A stretch of DNA of 64,000 bases from positions 434,001 through 498,000 of the forward strand of contig LSRY02000002.1 of the NCBI GenBank assembly GCA_001643675.2, written 5' to 3'. Position 1 is the stretch's first letter. Every line of letters begins with the position of its first letter. The translations under genes were made by a program, and so were the position numbers. Of the stretch, positions 13,120 to 25,870 are shown one piece after another. The notes beneath the pieces were generated by a model. That model did no database searches. It saw only the letters and a program-made list of their open reading frames with translations, and was not told where the DNA came from. Source of the stretch: Monocercomonoides exilis PA203. Taxonomy: Eukaryota > Protista > Preaxostyla.

Positions 13120-13511
13120 CCTTCACTCTTCTTTTTACAAGTTCTTCATTGAAAAGGAGCACATAATTTTTATTTTTTATTTTTTATTTTTTTAATTTTT
13201 TAAGAAAGCTCCAAAACAGATATTTTATTTGGATATATATGTATTAATGCCTTACCAAATTTTTAGTAAGTGATATTTAGTTTTATTCTTTTTTTTTTTT
13301 TAAATTTTTTACATAATGACTTAATTGTTTTCCCAGAGCGTTTTTTTATGCATTACAATATTAATGTATGTTTTCCATTAATTATAGTGAAGATATGCAA
13401 TATGCAATTGTTTGGACTCATTGTGTTGATTTGTGGTTTTTTATTTTTTTATTTTTAAATCGATCAATACTCTCCCTTTACAGTTTATTAAATAACGGTT
13501 TGTTGATTGAA

Positions 13512-14841
13512 ATGTCAAAACAGCCAATCTGGAACATAGAAATAACATCAGAGGAGCAATATAACAATATGATCGAAGAGTACTATCTCATTTTTAATGA
13601 AATTTCCATTTATTTAGCAATTTATAGAAGCAAAACAATTGTTTTAGTTATGGAGATATATTGCGAATGGGCTGGATTTTGCAAAGCCATTCAAGCAAAC
13701 CTTCGTAGAATTCAATTAGAACTAGGCGATGAAAAAGTGAAATTTGCGCATGTGTGTATATTTTTTAACAACGTAACTTTAAAAGAATCCTTTTTATTTT
13801 GTTTGTCATATGCTTTTTCTTGAAGGTAAAAGCCGAGCTAATCCCAGCTTTAAGCGACCAACAAGGGAAATCACGTCCATGTTTTGATATTTACAAGGTT
13901 GATATCATGTTAAATTATATATTTTTAAGTTTTTCAAAAATGATCTTCAGAATGGAAAGCTTCGTGAAAGATATTTTGGATGTCAAATGCCCCATATAGT
14001 TGATAAAATTATGTATTATATTAATGCTCCTGATATTGAAGAGCAAGAGGAAATATTACCACCATTCGATCCTCAAACTGCAATTGCTGAAGAAGAAAAA
14101 CGATTACAAGAAGAACAAGCCGGATCATCAATCGAGGGATCCGCATCCGAAAACGAAAATGCTGAGCCTGGAAGCGAGCAGCAGGAAGAAGACACCGAAC
14201 GGCAAGTTCCGATTGAGGACGGAGAAGGTGAGCAACCTGTTGCGGCTGATGCCAGCAGGATTGATGGAGAGTCAACAGAAGTTGGCGATGGAAATGGAGA
14301 GCAACCGATTGCAGCTGACGGAAGTCGCATGGAGCTGACTGAGATATCTGAGGCACAAGAAGGAAGCGAATCAAATGGAGAACATGAAAGCGTTGAGAGA
14401 GCTGAAGGCAGTGAACGAGAAGGAGAAGCAGCTTCAGAGAATGGAATAAGCAACGAGCAATCCGTCGAAGGTGCCGGTGCACCAATTGCCGATGGGGCAG
14501 AAGCGATGGAAGAAGGAGAAGTGCTTGAAAGGGGAATGCCTTCAGAGACGGAGGAAGGAAACACAGCAAGCCAAGAGGAATCTGGCAATACCGAGTCAGA
14601 AGTCGCTGGGTCAGGAGACGTCGAAGCTTCGGGAGAGGAAATGCCGACTGAAGGAGAGCAGCCAGCGGGAACTGAAATCGAAGAAGCACCTGGAGATTTT
14701 GGCTATCAAGAGGGAGAAGCAAACGAAGTTGAGCAGAGCGAAGAGACAGGCGTTGCGGAACAGCCGGTTGAGGAAGGTGGAAATGACGATTCTGCACAAC
14801 AAGAAGGCGGAGCGGAAGTTCCACAGGAAACCGCCGCTTAA
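13512..14841 (+). CDS. NME8/TXNDC3-type (axonemal dynein-associated) thioredoxin-domain protein with a long acidic tail; introns 13580-13627, 13752-13825, 13898-13950
   Basis: The spliced product reads EITSEEQY..VLVMEIYCEWAGFCKAI..IQLELGDEKVKFAH|VKAELIPAL..GKSRPCFDIYK|NGKLRERYFG, resembling the NME8 TRX domain (DVYQAWCGPCK..ELG...LHFA..GKCEPTF). An E/G-rich tail follows. Confidence 0.7.
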
Positions 14842-15221
14842 TTTCTTCTTTCTTTTAACTATTACATACATTTCTTAATGATTTCTCAGTTCTTTCACAT
14901 TTGTTTCACATTATATCTCCTCCTTCACTAACTTCACAAAACACTCATCTCAAATTATAAACTCTTTCAAAATATGCAATTATTTTAATATTAAATAAAT
15001 ATCAATATGAAATAATCCTTGAAATTTTTGAAGAAAATAAAAAACGAAGCGTAATACTTATCAATTTCATTATATTTTGATAATATTTTTAATAAATATT
15101 GATAAAGCATGTGGAATTTTATTGTGTATATTTATTTATGTTGTAGTTCTCTTTAAACGTTTTTGCTTGATAACTATGAGTGAAAATCTTTGTCAAATAA
15201 TCGAAAAGCAAATTATGTTAT

Positions 15222-18200
15222 TTGATCATCATTATTTTTAACTTTTGCTGGCATATGATCAATACTTGCTTGTATTCTTTTTTGCTTTGCTTTTTATTTT
15301 CATCTTATAAAGCAGAAAATATTGCTCCAATATTCCAACTTTTTGACCAACGACCAGGATGGATGATTCATGATCATGTGTTACAAATGAATGCTTCTCA
15401 TTATTTACTTTTAAAGCCAAAACAATTCGAGGATGCTTCTAATAATCATGACTTTGAAATTGGAATTTACGATGCGATAACTTATATTTGCAAATCATTT
15501 TCGACAACTGGATCGTTTTTAAAAGAAAATCATACTACGTTCTCATACAGCTATTCTCGTTCTACAAACAGTGTCTATGCATTGGGAGGATTGTCTCAAA
15601 AAGTTGTTGCAATATATAAACTTGATCTTGGAACACTTGAATGGACACAAATCCAACTTTCAACTTCAAATAAATTTTATCCTAATTCAAGGCTTAACCA
15701 TTCCACTATTTGCATTTCGATTCCAAAGGAACAAAATGCAGCGAATAACCAAAATATTGCAATGGCACACGAATCCTCTACATTGATAGTTATGTATGGA
15801 GGAGAAATTGTTTGGAATCCAAAGGAATTATCAAACACAACATGGGGGAAAATAAGAAGCACGAAAACAAATGAATGCTGGTTGTTCGATATACAGCAGA
15901 AATTGTTTTATCCATTTGGATATTCTCCAAATTCGAAAAATGATCAATACTTTTCTCCAGAAGCGCAGTTGGATTCTCATCTTTTATCGACCGACATTGT
16001 TACAGATTCCCAAACTCCAGACGATTCGATTCATCATATTCATATCCTTCTTGGATCAGACAATTTCCAGAATCTTCAAGAGCATTGGATATTATCAGTG
16101 TTTTTCAGTCGGAGTGCAAATGACATGAACAATAATGGAATTTCTTTCAGCCATCAATGGACGCGAGCATCCACAGAGTTATATGGAAACTATCACAAGG
16201 AATTGAATGCGGATAACTGCATTATGGCCATCGAAAAGCAAGACTCCTCAATTCTTGCATCGCTCTACAGCTTAAGCGGTGGCAAAGCTGTTGCTTCCAA
16301 GAAATCAATCCTTCTTTCTGATCCTGTTCTGTTTGCAGCAGGACGTGTTCCTCCATCGCTCCTTCGCTCAGAAACTTCTCTTCCATCTGGCAAAGGAATT
16401 GCCGAAGTTGTTTCGACAAACGCCTTCTCATCTCCATTGCAGAAACCTTCTGATGCTGTTTCTTCAGCCTTTTTCTACGACGGCTCAGACTCACTTCTGT
16501 TTGAGATGGACACTTCTTTTCTTTCTTATTCGCTTCAGTCTTTAGAAGAACGCCTCGCCTCTGACATGCAGCCTCGCTATTCATCGTCTGACTACAAAAC
16601 CGACACTTTTTCAACGTCATCTAATTCATTCGTCAAAACCCGCTTTGCTCTCAAAGAAAGGCCGCCGTCACGCACCGACTTCACATCCACGTATCTTCCC
16701 GAGCAGAACAGCCTGATTGTGTTTGGAGGGCGCAACAGCGGGCTTTTCGGGCAGGCGGTGCTGGGAGACTGCTACATGTATGATCTGACTCTCCGTCGCT
16801 GGGTTCAGGAAGGCAACGTAAAGAAGCAGAGGGAAGGGCGCATAATGTCAACGACTGTGAAGATCGCTGAAATGAGCGGTGACCGCAGAGACCTCTGGAG
16901 CGAAGGCGCGAGACCTGTTTCGGAGATATTCCGGACAGAAGTCGGAGAAAACGACATTTCTGCAGGAAGAGCAATCATCAAGAAATTCATTGCTCGTTAT
17001 GGCCACTCGGCAACAGTGTGCCATTTGCCATCAGATTCATTTCTTCTGCCATTTCCTGTTGCAACCGGGTCAAATGCGCCTTCTTCTGATACAGAAGAGT
17101 CAAACTATCGTGAATGCCTTATTGTCTTTGGAGGAACAGACGGAACAAATGTGTACAACGACATTCTCGTCTATGATCCCAAAGTGCACAGCTGGAACTG
17201 CATCAAGTACTACGGCACAGGCCCTGCCCTTGGATCGTTCCTGAAGTACGAAAGATTCCACAAGGACGATCTTGCCAAGCAGTTTGTGTTGTATGGAGCA
17301 CCCCCACCTCGTATCTACACATCAATGACACGTGTGATGCCCCTCTCACCTTCATCCTCTCAGGATCATCCATTCAGAGAGCTTGGGATAGTGATACATG
17401 GAGGCATGAATGAAAAGACACACACTGTCTACAACGACACCTACTTCTTTGATTTGGAGAGTGGCCTGTGGAGAACACCACTCAGAACAGCCATTCCGTC
17501 GATGCCTGTGAAGGAGCTGGTGATGCTGGTGGACATGTTCCAGGAGTCGCTGACACACGCCATCAACACCACGATGAGCGACGAGTTTGATGCCAAGCGC
17601 GATGAGAAGGCAGAAGAGCTGGTTCAAATGCTGCTGAAGGCACAGGCGCTGCTTGAGGATGCACAGAAAATCGATGTCAACCCACCTTCGTTTGGACACA
17701 CGGCCCATCTTGTTTCTGTCTCCTCTGACGCCAAAACCAATCCGCTGATTCTGTTCATCGGTGGCAAGCAGACCAAAAACTCGTTTGTGAGTTCCCAGCA
17801 GAACATCCGGTGCTTCGATCCATACAATTGGGTGTGGAAGCCATCGCTGCTTCTGCCATATGCCGACACGTCGATGTTCAAACAGGCAGCTGAATCGAGT
17901 CCAATTGCACACAGCGAGGCCTACAGATACGCCTCTGACTATTCTGCCCTGCGGAGCTGGTTCACATCTTCTCTCCAGTTGTATCAGGCGCTGCGCCCAC
18001 GAGCATTTACCAATGCTTTCAGCACAGCCGTTCCTTTTGCTTTTTCACAAACACACGACGTGACAAACGAGCTATGGGGAAGGACTGTCTCACCGCACGC
18101 TGTTCTGCTGTGGGGAGGCTCCTTCGGCTATGACGTGGTCAATCCGAAGTCTCAGATCCCGCTGCATCTGCTGGAAGACAGAGAGAAAGCAGCCTCGCTT

Positions 18201-21200
18201 TCTTTGTCCAAGCAGCTGTTCCCGACGCCTGTGACGCAGACGCAGAAGGATCTGGTTGTTGTGTTTCCAGTTGAGATGCAGCAGGACAAAGTGAACGCAG
18301 CTTATCAAGCGATAAAACGAACACACAATAACTATCGCTCAACGTACCCCACAAATATTCCTGTGAACTCACAAACCATTCCACCCAGAGAAGCAAACAA
18401 GCAATCAACCACAACCACCACAACAACAACTACTTCCACAACAACCTCTGCTCATCCCACACAAAATGTGCAATCATCTTACAATGTTGATTCCACCACT
18501 GCTTCTTCTGCTTCTTCAAAGAAAGAAGATAGCACAATCAACCAGGCAAGCTCTGTGCCTCCACCTCGGACGACAGTGATGCCAGAGACTAATAAAGTGC
18601 TTGATCCATACACATCAACATACTCTGAGCACAAAATAACACAGCAAAGCGTGACAAAGTCAACATCGTATTCTTCTCTGTCTCTCTCTCCTATTTCTTC
18701 ATCCATCTCATCAACATCCTCTTCTTCCTCGTCAATTGCCTGCGATCCAGTTGCTAACCACAACAGCGACTGCTCTTCTCGTGCAAATTCCCTCATCAAC
18801 AGACTGAATGAGCACAAACTGTATCTCCAGCGGATCCTCTCTGACCTGCCCATCATCGCCAGGAAGTATCAGAACGATGTTGTCAACAAGAACGTCTCCA
18901 ATTGTGTGAATGGACTTTTGAAGAACAAAGGACGTCTTGGCATTTCTGACAGGACAGCCACTTGCCTCTCTCGTGATCATGTTAACATGAACATCAAGAA
19001 TCTTCCGTCGTGTCTCTCCAGCTCAAGTGACACTCAATACAGCAGCATCCTCAGCTATGACTGGATGCCAGAATATCAAGCCAGAAGCACCATCGACATC
19101 TCAATGCCCTTCCAGCAGATGATATCTGAACGTCTGGCTGCTTTCAACAACTTTTCTTATTTGACCACTTCTTACTCGTTTGACTACAACCTCCATAGCC
19201 GAAAGCCGATCTGCCCTCGCTTTTCTGTGCGCCCACCGCCTCAGCGTGTGTCTGAAGGAGGTGATGAGCACTTGATGAGCAGCAGCGGCACATCGTCTTC
19301 TGCACAATGCGGCTGGCAGCAGGTACACAGCTTTGTCCACGAGGAGACTGAACTCATTCAGCGCTTTGTGGAGCAACTGCGTCTGTTTGATGCCGACAGT
19401 GTGCACATTGCAGAGCTGCAGAACAAAGCAGAAGAGCTGCAACAGCGTTTCCCACCGTTTGTGAAGGCGTTGCGAGCACTTCTTGAGGAAGACATTGGAC
19501 GATGCATTGTGCGCACAACAGAAACAACAGAGACTGTGGAGAAGATGACAACGAGATTGACAGAAGTCAACAGCAAATACGACAATCTCGCCACAGACAT
19601 TCGTCCTTTGCTTCACACTGAGATGCAGCTGAACCAGAAGATAAGCAATGTGACACAGGAGATCATTGCCACCAACAGCAGCCACGACTCCCTGCTCCAC
19701 CAGCTGCTGGATTTGAACCGCACAGTCGTAAACTCCTTCCAAACGAGGCTGAAAATGGCGCTGGAAAGGAAAAACGACAAGCTGCTTCGTGTTGTGAGGG
19801 CGCAGGAGCGAGTGAAAGAGGCAGCAGTGGCGTTGGTAGGAAACCAACTGGAGATGTTTGCAGAAGGAGAGAAGATTTCCACTGTTCTGCAGCAGAAGGA
19901 GTGGATCGATGAGATCGTGCTGAGTGCACAGAGGCTTCTGCATCAGGACGAGTCGCTTGAAAACTGGCTGATGAATGAAAAGACCAAAGCAGCGAAGAGA
20001 ATATCAGACAGAAAGAACGAAGAAGAGAAAGTGATGAACAAAGTGAAAGGATGGATCGAAGAAGCACTGCACAAGCGAAGGGCGATTGTGGAGATGAGGC
20101 AAGAAGATCTGATGCTGCTGAAGAAGAAGCTGACACTTCTGAACCAGATCCAGCTGCAGCTGAAGCAGTGGAGCGACATTGTTGAGAGCAGCGAGGCGAT
20201 TGGCAAGCTGAGAGAGAATGTGCAGACAGAAATGGACGAGCTGGCAAAGACAGCAAAGACACACATTGCGAGCAAAGTGAAGAACCTGCCCTTCCATCAC
20301 TTCGGATCAAAGAAGAGCAGCGAGCAGAAGGAAAGTGAAGAGAAGAAGGAGAACGGAGCATCTGCTTCTTCTTCTGATTCTGCTTCGTCAAATACAATTA
20401 CAACCACCACAACTACAACCACAACAAGTGAGCACACATTCAGCAGCACCGAAGAGAACAGCTCATCCTCCACCACCACAACCACAACTGCAACACACTC
20501 AGACGCCAATGAAGAAGCAGCAGCAGCCTTGTCCTCTCGCCAGGAAGAGTCTCTTTCGCAGCGCATTGCCTCCATCCTCAGCATGGACATGATCGATCCT
20601 TCACTCCCTGAGTCTCTCTTGCAAGAGCAGTACAGAAACTACTCCCTCAAAGTGAAGCGACTGCACGATGCAATCAACGACCTCATCAGCCAGGCACAGC
20701 GGAGCCTCGACAGCGCTGTGAAGAACGCGACGCTCTTCGAAGAAAGTGTGAGGAGCAGAGAGGCGCAGCTGATACAGACAGCAAACGAACTGTGGAGGCT
20801 GATTCTGGAGTACATCAACGAGAATCTGGACATCGTCGAGCTGGAAGAGCGCATCCGCCGTGCTATGGAGGAGATTCGGCGGCTGCAGCTGCTGATAGAG
20901 AAGCACAGGGACACCAGAGGCTCGTTGGAGAAAGATCTGGCGCTTCTGAAAGTGCAGCTGCAGGGCATCCAGTCGCAGCTGAAGTCTTCTCGGGACAAGC
21001 TCTCGTTTTCGGGCAAAGAGAGGACGAGTATCACAGAGGAGTATAACTCTGCCATTCACAAGTGCGCAGTGACTCTGGAGGAGTGCGAAAAGGCTCCGTT
21101 CACTTCGTTCCAAAAACTTATTGATGATATCAGACAATTCCTTATTGAGTTGAGAATTCTTGATCTTGATTCTGTGGAATGTGGCGAAAACCTTGATGAA

Positions 21201-21284
21201 GCTTTGAGGGTTATTTCAAAATGGAGAAAGTTAATTAATCAAGAAACAATGAGCATTTGGTTTGCACCTGAATCAGAAAATTAA
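15222..21284 (+). CDS. Kelch-repeat protein with a C-terminal coiled coil (~2000 aa; the true start may be in an upstream exon near 15177)
   Basis: Repeated kelch motifs (VYALGG, LIVMYGG, LIVFGGR, RYGHSA..LIVFGGTDG..YNDILVYD, VIHGG..YNDTYFFD..W, LFIGG), followed by a heptad-rich C-terminal third. Confidence 0.8.
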   Translation: MIIIIFNFCWHMINTCLYSFLLCFLFSSYKAENIAPIFQLFDQRPGWMIHDHVLQMNASHYLLLKPKQFEDASNNHDFEIGIYDAITYICKSFSTTGSFLKENHTTFSYSYSRSTNSVYALGGLSQKVVAIYKLDLGTLEWTQIQLSTSNKFYPNSRLNHSTICISIPKEQNAANNQNIAMAHESSTLIVMYGGEIVWNPKELSNTTWGKIRSTKTNECWLFDIQQKLFYPFGYSPNSKNDQYFSPEAQLDSHLLSTDIVTDSQTPDDSIHHIHILLGSDNFQNLQEHWILSVFFSRSANDMNNNGISFSHQWTRASTELYGNYHKELNADNCIMAIEKQDSSILASLYSLSGGKAVASKKSILLSDPVLFAAGRVPPSLLRSETSLPSGKGIAEVVSTNAFSSPLQKPSDAVSSAFFYDGSDSLLFEMDTSFLSYSLQSLEERLASDMQPRYSSSDYKTDTFSTSSNSFVKTRFALKERPPSRTDFTSTYLPEQNSLIVFGGRNSGLFGQAVLGDCYMYDLTLRRWVQEGNVKKQREGRIMSTTVKIAEMSGDRRDLWSEGARPVSEIFRTEVGENDISAGRAIIKKFIARYGHSATVCHLPSDSFLLPFPVATGSNAPSSDTEESNYRECLIVFGGTDGTNVYNDILVYDPKVHSWNCIKYYGTGPALGSFLKYERFHKDDLAKQFVLYGAPPPRIYTSMTRVMPLSPSSSQDHPFRELGIVIHGGMNEKTHTVYNDTYFFDLESGLWRTPLRTAIPSMPVKELVMLVDMFQESLTHAINTTMSDEFDAKRDEKAEELVQMLLKAQALLEDAQKIDVNPPSFGHTAHLVSVSSDAKTNPLILFIGGKQTKNSFVSSQQNIRCFDPYNWVWKPSLLLPYADTSMFKQAAESSPIAHSEAYRYASDYSALRSWFTSSLQLYQALRPRAFTNAFSTAVPFAFSQTHDVTNELWGRTVSPHAVLLWGGSFGYDVVNPKSQIPLHLLEDREKAASLSLSKQLFPTPVTQTQKDLVVVFPVEMQQDKVNAAYQAIKRTHNNYRSTYPTNIPVNSQTIPPREANKQSTTTTTTTTTSTTTSAHPTQNVQSSYNVDSTTASSASSKKEDSTINQASSVPPPRTTVMPETNKVLDPYTSTYSEHKITQQSVTKSTSYSSLSLSPISSSISSTSSSSSSIACDPVANHNSDCSSRANSLINRLNEHKLYLQRILSDLPIIARKYQNDVVNKNVSNCVNGLLKNKGRLGISDRTATCLSRDHVNMNIKNLPSCLSSSSDTQYSSILSYDWMPEYQARSTIDISMPFQQMISERLAAFNNFSYLTTSYSFDYNLHSRKPICPRFSVRPPPQRVSEGGDEHLMSSSGTSSSAQCGWQQVHSFVHEETELIQRFVEQLRLFDADSVHIAELQNKAEELQQRFPPFVKALRALLEEDIGRCIVRTTETTETVEKMTTRLTEVNSKYDNLATDIRPLLHTEMQLNQKISNVTQEIIATNSSHDSLLHQLLDLNRTVVNSFQTRLKMALERKNDKLLRVVRAQERVKEAAVALVGNQLEMFAEGEKISTVLQQKEWIDEIVLSAQRLLHQDESLENWLMNEKTKAAKRISDRKNEEEKVMNKVKGWIEEALHKRRAIVEMRQEDLMLLKKKLTLLNQIQLQLKQWSDIVESSEAIGKLRENVQTEMDELAKTAKTHIASKVKNLPFHHFGSKKSSEQKESEEKKENGASASSSDSASSNTITTTTTTTTTSEHTFSSTEENSSSSTTTTTTATHSDANEEAAAALSSRQEESLSQRIASILSMDMIDPSLPESLLQEQYRNYSLKVKRLHDAINDLISQAQRSLDSAVKNATLFEESVRSREAQLIQTANELWRLILEYINENLDIVELEERIRRAMEEIRRLQLLIEKHRDTRGSLEKDLALLKVQLQGIQSQLKSSRDKLSFSGKERTSITEEYNSAIHKCAVTLEECEKAPFTSFQKLIDDIRQFLIELRILDLDSVECGENLDEALRVISKWRKLINQETMSIWFAPESEN

Positions 21285-21417
21285 AGAAAAACAACTATTC
21301 ACACGTCACTAAAGAATGATTATTCATTTCACATTTTTTTGAAAATTATATAAAACTACGGTTTCTATTGATCAAGCTTTTTATTTTTTAATTTATTATC
21401 TTTTGACGGCTTGATAA

Positions 21418-22631
21418 ATGCAGCCCCAACGCAGTGCAGTTCAACAAAGAACTGCGCAAATGACCGATGCATTAGGACAATTTTCGACATCGGGTTCATT
21501 TCACTCACAGCATCCATCTTCACAAAGTTTGTTCAATTTTTAGTCGTATGAAAATTGGTGAGTAATATATTTTTGTACTTAGTATCATCTTTCTCTGTCC
21601 CTCCAGATGCAATTCCTGCTGGAGGTTCATTTGGAACTGTTTTTCAAGCAAAAGTTGCTGGAACTGGTGAAATTGTCGCAGTTAAACGTATCCGTTTGGA
21701 ACGAAAATTCAAAAACAGAGAACTTGAAATATTATCTATTTTGGATCATCCTAACGTTTGCAAATTAAAGCACTTTTTTTATTCAAATGGAGAAGGTACA
21801 GAAGAGACTTATGTGAACTTAGTGATGGAATATGTGCCTTTCACTTTGTACGGGATTACAAGGCACTTGTCCAGGCAACACAAAAGTCTTCCAATATACC
21901 TTGTGCAAAAATATTGCTATCAGCTCCTGAACGCATTGGAATACATACATAAACTTGGAATTTGCCATCGAGATGTAAAACTACAAAATCTTCTCATCTT
22001 GCCAAGTACACACACTTTAAAACTTGGCGATTTCGGTTCAGCTAAGTTTCTCAAAAAGGGGGAAACTAGTGTATCTTATATATGTAGTCGATTTTATCGC
22101 GCTCCCGAATTGGTCCTTGGGACATCACAATATTCATTTTCAATTGGTTTGTCAATTCTCTTTAAGAATTGAATTAACTGAAGACGACTATCTCAATTGC
22201 ATTTGTTGCTCATAATATTTCATTCCACTCTTTTTAAGATATGTGGTCATTTGGCTGCATTTTAGGTGAACTTTTAATTGGACATGCATTGTTTCCAGGC
22301 GAATCAACAAGCGGGCAACTTGTTGAAATCGTAAAATTTCTTGGAACTCCAACATTTGAAGAGATGAAAGCCATGGGCATCGATCCAATATCAGACATGC
22401 CTGTAATTCCAAAAATGGACATCAAGAAAGTTTTGCCACTTAATTTTTTTGTATTTCGTACAAAATAATTTTCAAAAATTATTTCAGATGTTTCGAGAAG
22501 GAACTGATCCAAGAGCGTTAGATCTGATTTCAAGAGTTCTTTGTTACGATCCTTTACAACGGCTGACTGCAGAAGAAGCCAAACAACATCCTTTCTTTGA
22601 TCCAGTTAAAAGTGGATTAAAAGTTGGCTGA
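21418..22631 (+). CDS. GSK3: Glycogen synthase kinase 3 (GSK3/shaggy)-like kinase, 4 exons
   Basis: Motifs [72 protein letters not shown] and [11 protein letters not shown]. The first intron, 21527-21582, joins ATG 21418 in frame. Confidence 0.92.
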
Positions 22632-23076
22632 ATTTTTAGTCATTAAATTTGTTTTTTGAAAAAAATAAAAGCTTTTTTAAATTTTATACGTTATGTTTCA
22701 TGTTGCTGAGACTAAATTGTTGTGTTTGATTTTAAATTGTGTAAAGATTCTTTATTTATAGACTTTGCAAAGAATATATAACTGTTTAATTTATTAATAA
22801 TAAGAGAACAAATTTGAAAAAAGATCTTTCAAAATGAAAAATAATTATGATTTTTGAACAAGAAAAAGGTTTCGATAAAGAAAAATGCAGACATCAGTCA
22901 CCAATTATTTTATCAACCAACTTAATAATATGTTTTTCAATATGAAGATTTTGTTTGAACAAATTCACAACATTTATTTTCTATTTTTTTCATTGTATTT
23001 AACAAGAAATATTGTGTCATTTAATTCATTTAAAAAGAAATTTTTTCTTCATAAACCATAATTATAAAAAACAAAA

Positions 23077-24215
23077 ATGCCTTTTCTCCGTTCTTTTCAT
23101 CTTTTTATGAGGGGATTTTGGACAGGCTCTCTTCCTGGCCAAAGGTGGAGCGTTTTTGGGATAATATTCAGATTTATTTTGTACGGGATATGTGTGCCTG
23201 AAATAAAAATTTTTGTGTCGTTTTTCATTTTTGTTTTCTTTAGTTACATATTTTTTTATATCTCTGGGCGTTAAACTTATTGAATCTGCAGCATATATAC
23301 AAACAATTAGGCATAAATTCTGATTTTATTCTATCATTAATTGAATCGTTTTTGTAAATATGTCTTTAAGGAAAAACTTTGAGCCAACCACTTGTACAAT
23401 AGTGAAATATGTTAACTATACTATTGGTGTTCCATATCAAGATAGTTTGACCATTATTTTGCAATTTTTTTTACCGTATTTTCCTTCTTACAGATCTTGG
23501 ACATGGAGGATGTGCTCATTTGTATGAAGTGATGTATATGTACTCAACTGTTAAGGGTGGAGTTAAAAACATTTCAGCTCAAGCTGTTATTCCAGATATT
23601 TCGTTTGTTTTGCAAAAAAAAAAATATTTTTTTATTTTTAATTTCGTATTGTCTTCAATATTTTACATCAATTCTTTCTTTTATATAAGATATGGAACTT
23701 GTACCCCAACATCATATAAACGCTCGCATTGGAGTTTATCACCATCAGAAATTTCAGCAGGTAACGTGAGCCATTCGTGCTATTATAATCGTATTAATGT
23801 TACAAACCTTGTTCTGGACTTGCCTCCAAAAGAGTTAGCTGCAAAAATACTTCTAATCATTGTTGTTTTGCTTCCACCTGCAATATTATGGATTGTGACT
23901 CTTGTGTACGTTATCATTGGCCTTATAAGCTGTTGTGTTCCTTCGCTTAAACGACAACTTCTTGATCCAAATGATGGAGGTGGAGGAGATGATGGAATGA
24001 ACCCAGCAGTGATTGCTGATGATGGAGCAGAGGCAAATGTCGTCAATCCAGTTGAAGCGAATCATGAAAATGGTGATATTGATCACGATGAGGAAGGTGG
24101 AGCGATTGACCCGAACTCACAATCATCAAATTCTTCTTCAACATCCAATTTAACTCCGGCACAACGACAAATGTTGGCCCAGGGGTGGTATCTCCCACCT
24201 CAATCTTCTTCTTAG
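23077..24215 (+). CDS. Multi-exon membrane protein (probably two TM segments flanking a Cys-containing loop), function unknown
   Basis: Hydrophobic N- and C-terminal segments, a loop with TTCTIV..CSF..TC..SCYYN, and short GT-AG introns. The exon structure is uncertain. Confidence 0.5.
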
Positions 24216-24413
24216 ACTTAATTAAGTTTCATTTCATTCTCATTCCATTATTATCTTTCTTATATAAATACTTCATATCAATTTCACTTCAATTGAGATT
24301 TTTGTGGCTGCAATTATTTGCATATTTTATTGTAATTCTATTTGACGTACATTTATTCTTTCATTTTTGATATTGATAAATCGTTTTGTTGAACAGATCC
24401 CATAAAAATATTC

Positions 24414-25870
24414 ATGTGTTCTTTTGTTTATGAAATTAAAAGTGACATTATCGAAAATGACATTATAAACGAGATAGTTAATAAGAAAAGAATTTTTCCA
24501 TTTATAGAAACAACAAACGATTTTTTCGAGCTCACAGAAGCAGAATCCAGCCAATTGAATCAAAATCTGGATGTTGTTAAAACTGCAAATGTTTGTATTT
24601 TTTTTATGTTTCAAAAACTCATTTCATTATTTCCACGAAAAGAAAGAATTTGAAGATTGTTTATCAATATATCAACAGTTCCTTAAAAAGGCACAACTAT
24701 TGGATGAAAAAATGATGGAATGTCTTGAGATACAAAAGAGTAATGAAGGATTCATCAACAATTTCATTGATAAATTTTCTCTTCCGGTTTCCGAAAGTGG
24801 AATTCGAATGCTTCAAGAAAAGCAGAATAGTTTTGGAGAATTAATAAAGAAAACGACTATTATTGTTAAGGTTTGAATATTTTTAATGTATTTCGATGTT
24901 TATGTGTGCGTATTATAATTTGAATTTGAAGAAAAAATTGGAAAAATTAAAACCTTTGACTGATTATTTGGAAAAGTCAACCGAAAGTATTTCAGTTATT
25001 GATGAAAAACATAATCCGAATTTTTCTTCATTTTTAAAGAAGGAAGATTTTGAAATGATTAAAGATGCGCAGTCTTTTATTACAAATCATTTTTCTTTCA
25101 ATGAAAATGAAGAAATGAAAGATTTTAATTTTGATGAATATGATGAGCTTTTAAGGTTATTTCAGGAAGCTCCATGTGAGAGTGTCCTAAACATTGCCGA
25201 AAAAGAATCAAATTATTCTTCACAGAAACACTTAAACTCAGAATTCCACATTGCTGAATGTGTTACTGAGAAAGTTGATAATTCGATCGTATCAGATTTT
25301 TCAGACAAGCTGATGGAGATGAGACAAAATATATCTACAAATTTCGGAGAGGCAAACATGCATAACAAAACTTTGAGTGAAGCCGAAATAAAATCGATAA
25401 TGTCTATCACCGAATACGAAAATGAGGAACTGCCATTGCTTGACTGTCATTCTCGTTCGTTAGATGAGTTAACTGCTTCATTGGAAGAATGGAGTAAAAT
25501 TCCAGAAATGTTAAATTCTCATCTAGAGCATTTGCAAGAGTGTGAAATAATATTATGTAACATTTATTCATTTTAATATTACCTGTTGGAACTATCCCTG
25601 GATTTTATATTAAATTATTTTCAATAATATTTCCGATGATAGAGTAAAAAACTTAATCTCAGACCACAATCTTGGAATATTGGTTTGCTTATATTGAGAT
25701 TCAGTATTATTTCATATCTTTTTTTATTTTTCTTCTTGTAGAAAAGTGAATACGAAAGACGGCAAAAAGTGGACGAGATGCTTTCTTCTTATTTCAAGGA
25801 AAATGATGAGCACGCAGAAAGTTTATTTGCATGTGTGCATTCCAATTATACTTTATTTTTCGGGGTTTTT
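24414..25870 (+). CDS. Multi-exon helical/coiled-coil protein, function unknown
   Basis: ORFs 24414, 24571 and 24896 and an exon near 25742 are separated by GT-AG intron-like gaps. Composition is E/K/L-rich. The 3' end is uncertain. Confidence 0.5.

Noticed and set aside
25480-25830. Atg11/Atg17-like signature (..IP..EYERRQK..)
   Set aside because: Too short and generic for a coiled-coil protein; a profile search would be needed.
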